Assembly: GCF_036321535.1 (NCBI RefSeq)
Contig: NC_087437.1
Coordinates: forward strand, 100,566,001 to 100,630,000
Direction: 5' to 3'
Source: Camelus dromedarius
Lineage: Eukaryota
DNA length: 64,000 nt
Made by a program: the position numbers and the translations under genes. The notes beneath the pieces were generated by a model. It was not told the DNA's origin. It ran no database searches and worked only from the letters and a program-made list of their open reading frames with translations. Each line of letters starts with the position of its first letter. Positions within the stretch are counted from its first letter, which is position 1. Positions 63,905 through 64,000 of this stretch are shown here, in pieces.

Positions 63905-64000
63905 CTAGAAGACAGAAAAGAATACTAGTGAACTGAAACAGACTCACAGACAGAGGACAAACTTATGGTTACCAGGGGATAAAGGAGGTGGGAAGGGATA
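63905..64000 (+). mobile_element. Young camelid-type L1 3'UTR, running off the window
   Basis: aaacagactcacagacagaggacaaacttatggttaccagggg...gtgggaagggata. Confidence 0.85.

Noticed and set aside
1..64000. Assigning a host gene or transcription direction from L1 orientation
   Set aside because: L1 copies occur in both orientations and no coding exon was recognised, so the locus cannot be named from sequence alone

Overview
AT-rich, CpG-depleted mammalian non-coding DNA. The youngest LINE-1 3' ends (146-382, 63905-64000) look like camelid L1 3'UTRs as I recall them, and I saw no ruminant, pig, carnivore or primate SINEs, so a camelid origin is likely (inference). I could not support any protein-coding gene. 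The listed ORFs are either decayed L1/L2 fragments or short ORFs with no recognisable product. Much of the window is interspersed repeats: L1 of several ages, L2, CR1/L3, MIR, MaLR/ERVL/ERV1 solo LTRs, a Tigger1 derivative and MER91A. Several carry readable target-site duplications (TSDs). The most interesting non-repeat signals are (i) a chain of well-formed minus-strand non-coding exons (49277-49352, 48764-49081, 47086-47177, possibly 26418-26446 and 20264-20390) suggesting a spliced lncRNA or 5'UTR, one with its 3' splice site in the loop of a perfect hairpin; (ii) plus-strand AG|GT recursive-splice-like sites; and (iii) several motif-dense enhancer-like blocks. Among the repeats, an old-type L1MC-like 3' end sits with a TSD inside an apparently younger, internally deleted L1, and there is a twin-primed inverted L1 stub. 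Repeat family names come from my recollection of consensus sequences, not a database search. No clearly novel biological system is proven.
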